A stretch of 64,000 bases of DNA from a bacterium (GTDB lineage: Bacteria; Patescibacteriota; Gracilibacteria; BD1-5; UBA6164): assembly GCA_024635475.1 (NCBI GenBank), contig JAGXIW010000008.1:13592-77591 (forward strand), in the 5' to 3' direction. A program made the translations under genes and the position numbers. The number at the start of each line of letters is the position of its first letter. Position 1 is the first letter of the stretch. The notes under the pieces are model-generated. The model ran no database searches and was not told the origin of the DNA. It worked only from the letters and a program-made list of their open reading frames with translations. Shown here one piece after another: positions 63,397 through 64,000 of the stretch.

Positions 63397-64000
63397 CCAT
63401 TAACCTTTTTACTAATAGTTTTTCTCTTATCATTATTATGAAACTTTAACATATTATCACTTATTATTATTCAAAAAGTGTTTCATAGTTTTTTGAAACT
63501 TTTTTTTGTTTTTGGTAAAAAAAATGATTTTAATAATTTTTCAATTAAATTTAGAAGTTTAAAATCATAATTTGAAGTATTTCTTTTGTAAAAATAAGAG
63601 TTTTTATTATTCCCAATTATATTTTCATAATCATCAAAGTTACACCATTTTTTATTTTCTTCTATAAAAATCTCCCGAGCACTATCATAATTTAGAATTG
63701 GTTTAAGATAAATCATCCAAAAATATAAATAAATATCATTTTTAATTGCAATATTTTCAAAATTTAGGGAAGTAGTAGTACAAAAAAAACTGAGACAAAA
63801 TCTGGATTTATGATTATTTTTTGTTTTTCTAGCTCACAGTATTTGAAAAATAAAAGTTGTAAAAATCCTAACAATCCAAAGTCTATTTGGTTTTGAAACA
63901 ATAAATAAATCTATATCAGAATCACTATTTGCACTATTCATAGCTACACTATTTCAAATTGCAATCATTTGAAGTCCGGGAATCCATTTTATAAATTGAA
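63393..64000 (-). CDS. 3' part of a nucleotidyltransferase-domain protein
   Basis: GNSVAMNSANSDSDIDLFIV...RLW...RFCLSFF. Confidence 0.7.

Noticed and set aside
1..64000. Mass pseudogenisation, or TGA as Trp or selenocysteine
   Set aside because: TGA falls at conserved Gly positions of essential genes and frames stay open to TAA/TAG; Trp is encoded by TGG.
1..64000. rRNA, tRNA, transposase or prophage genes
   Set aside because: None recognisable by eye; the window is almost fully accounted for by the listed CDSs.

Overview
Very AT-rich bacterial DNA that uses genetic code 25 (TGA = Gly). TGA sits at invariant Gly positions, e.g. the ATP synthase beta P-loop 'GLFGGAGVGKT' and NifH 'GKGGIGKS'. 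This points to Gracilibacteria/Absconditabacteria (CPR). The supplied code-11 ORF track is therefore fragmented, and I re-read all genes with TGA=Gly; coordinates were counted by hand and start codons may shift slightly. The centrepiece (6778-27143, all + strand) is a ~20 kb His-Xaa-Ser RiPP-type cluster. It contains hxsD, an HxsD-like gene, hxsB, a precursor ending in (HGS)x10-HGQW, 11 radical SAM genes in total, a GT-B glycosyltransferase and a three-gene nitrogenase-like reductase (two component-I-like subunits plus a NifH-family Fe protein). The rest of the window holds PBP1A, an LCP protein, RluD, VirD4- and VirB4-like ATPases, a CPA1 antiporter, a PP2C phosphatase and a pilin fused to an FGE/C-lectin domain. 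It also has an accessory island (internally deleted cfa, tandem EamA duplication, TGA-poor genes with integron attC sites but no integrase in the window), a two-component system, PPK2-like, DsbA, an ABC-2 exporter, Fur, an F1Fo operon split by four inserted genes, an NMNAT-like enzyme and a CDF transporter. A dispersed palindromic repeat occurs three times.
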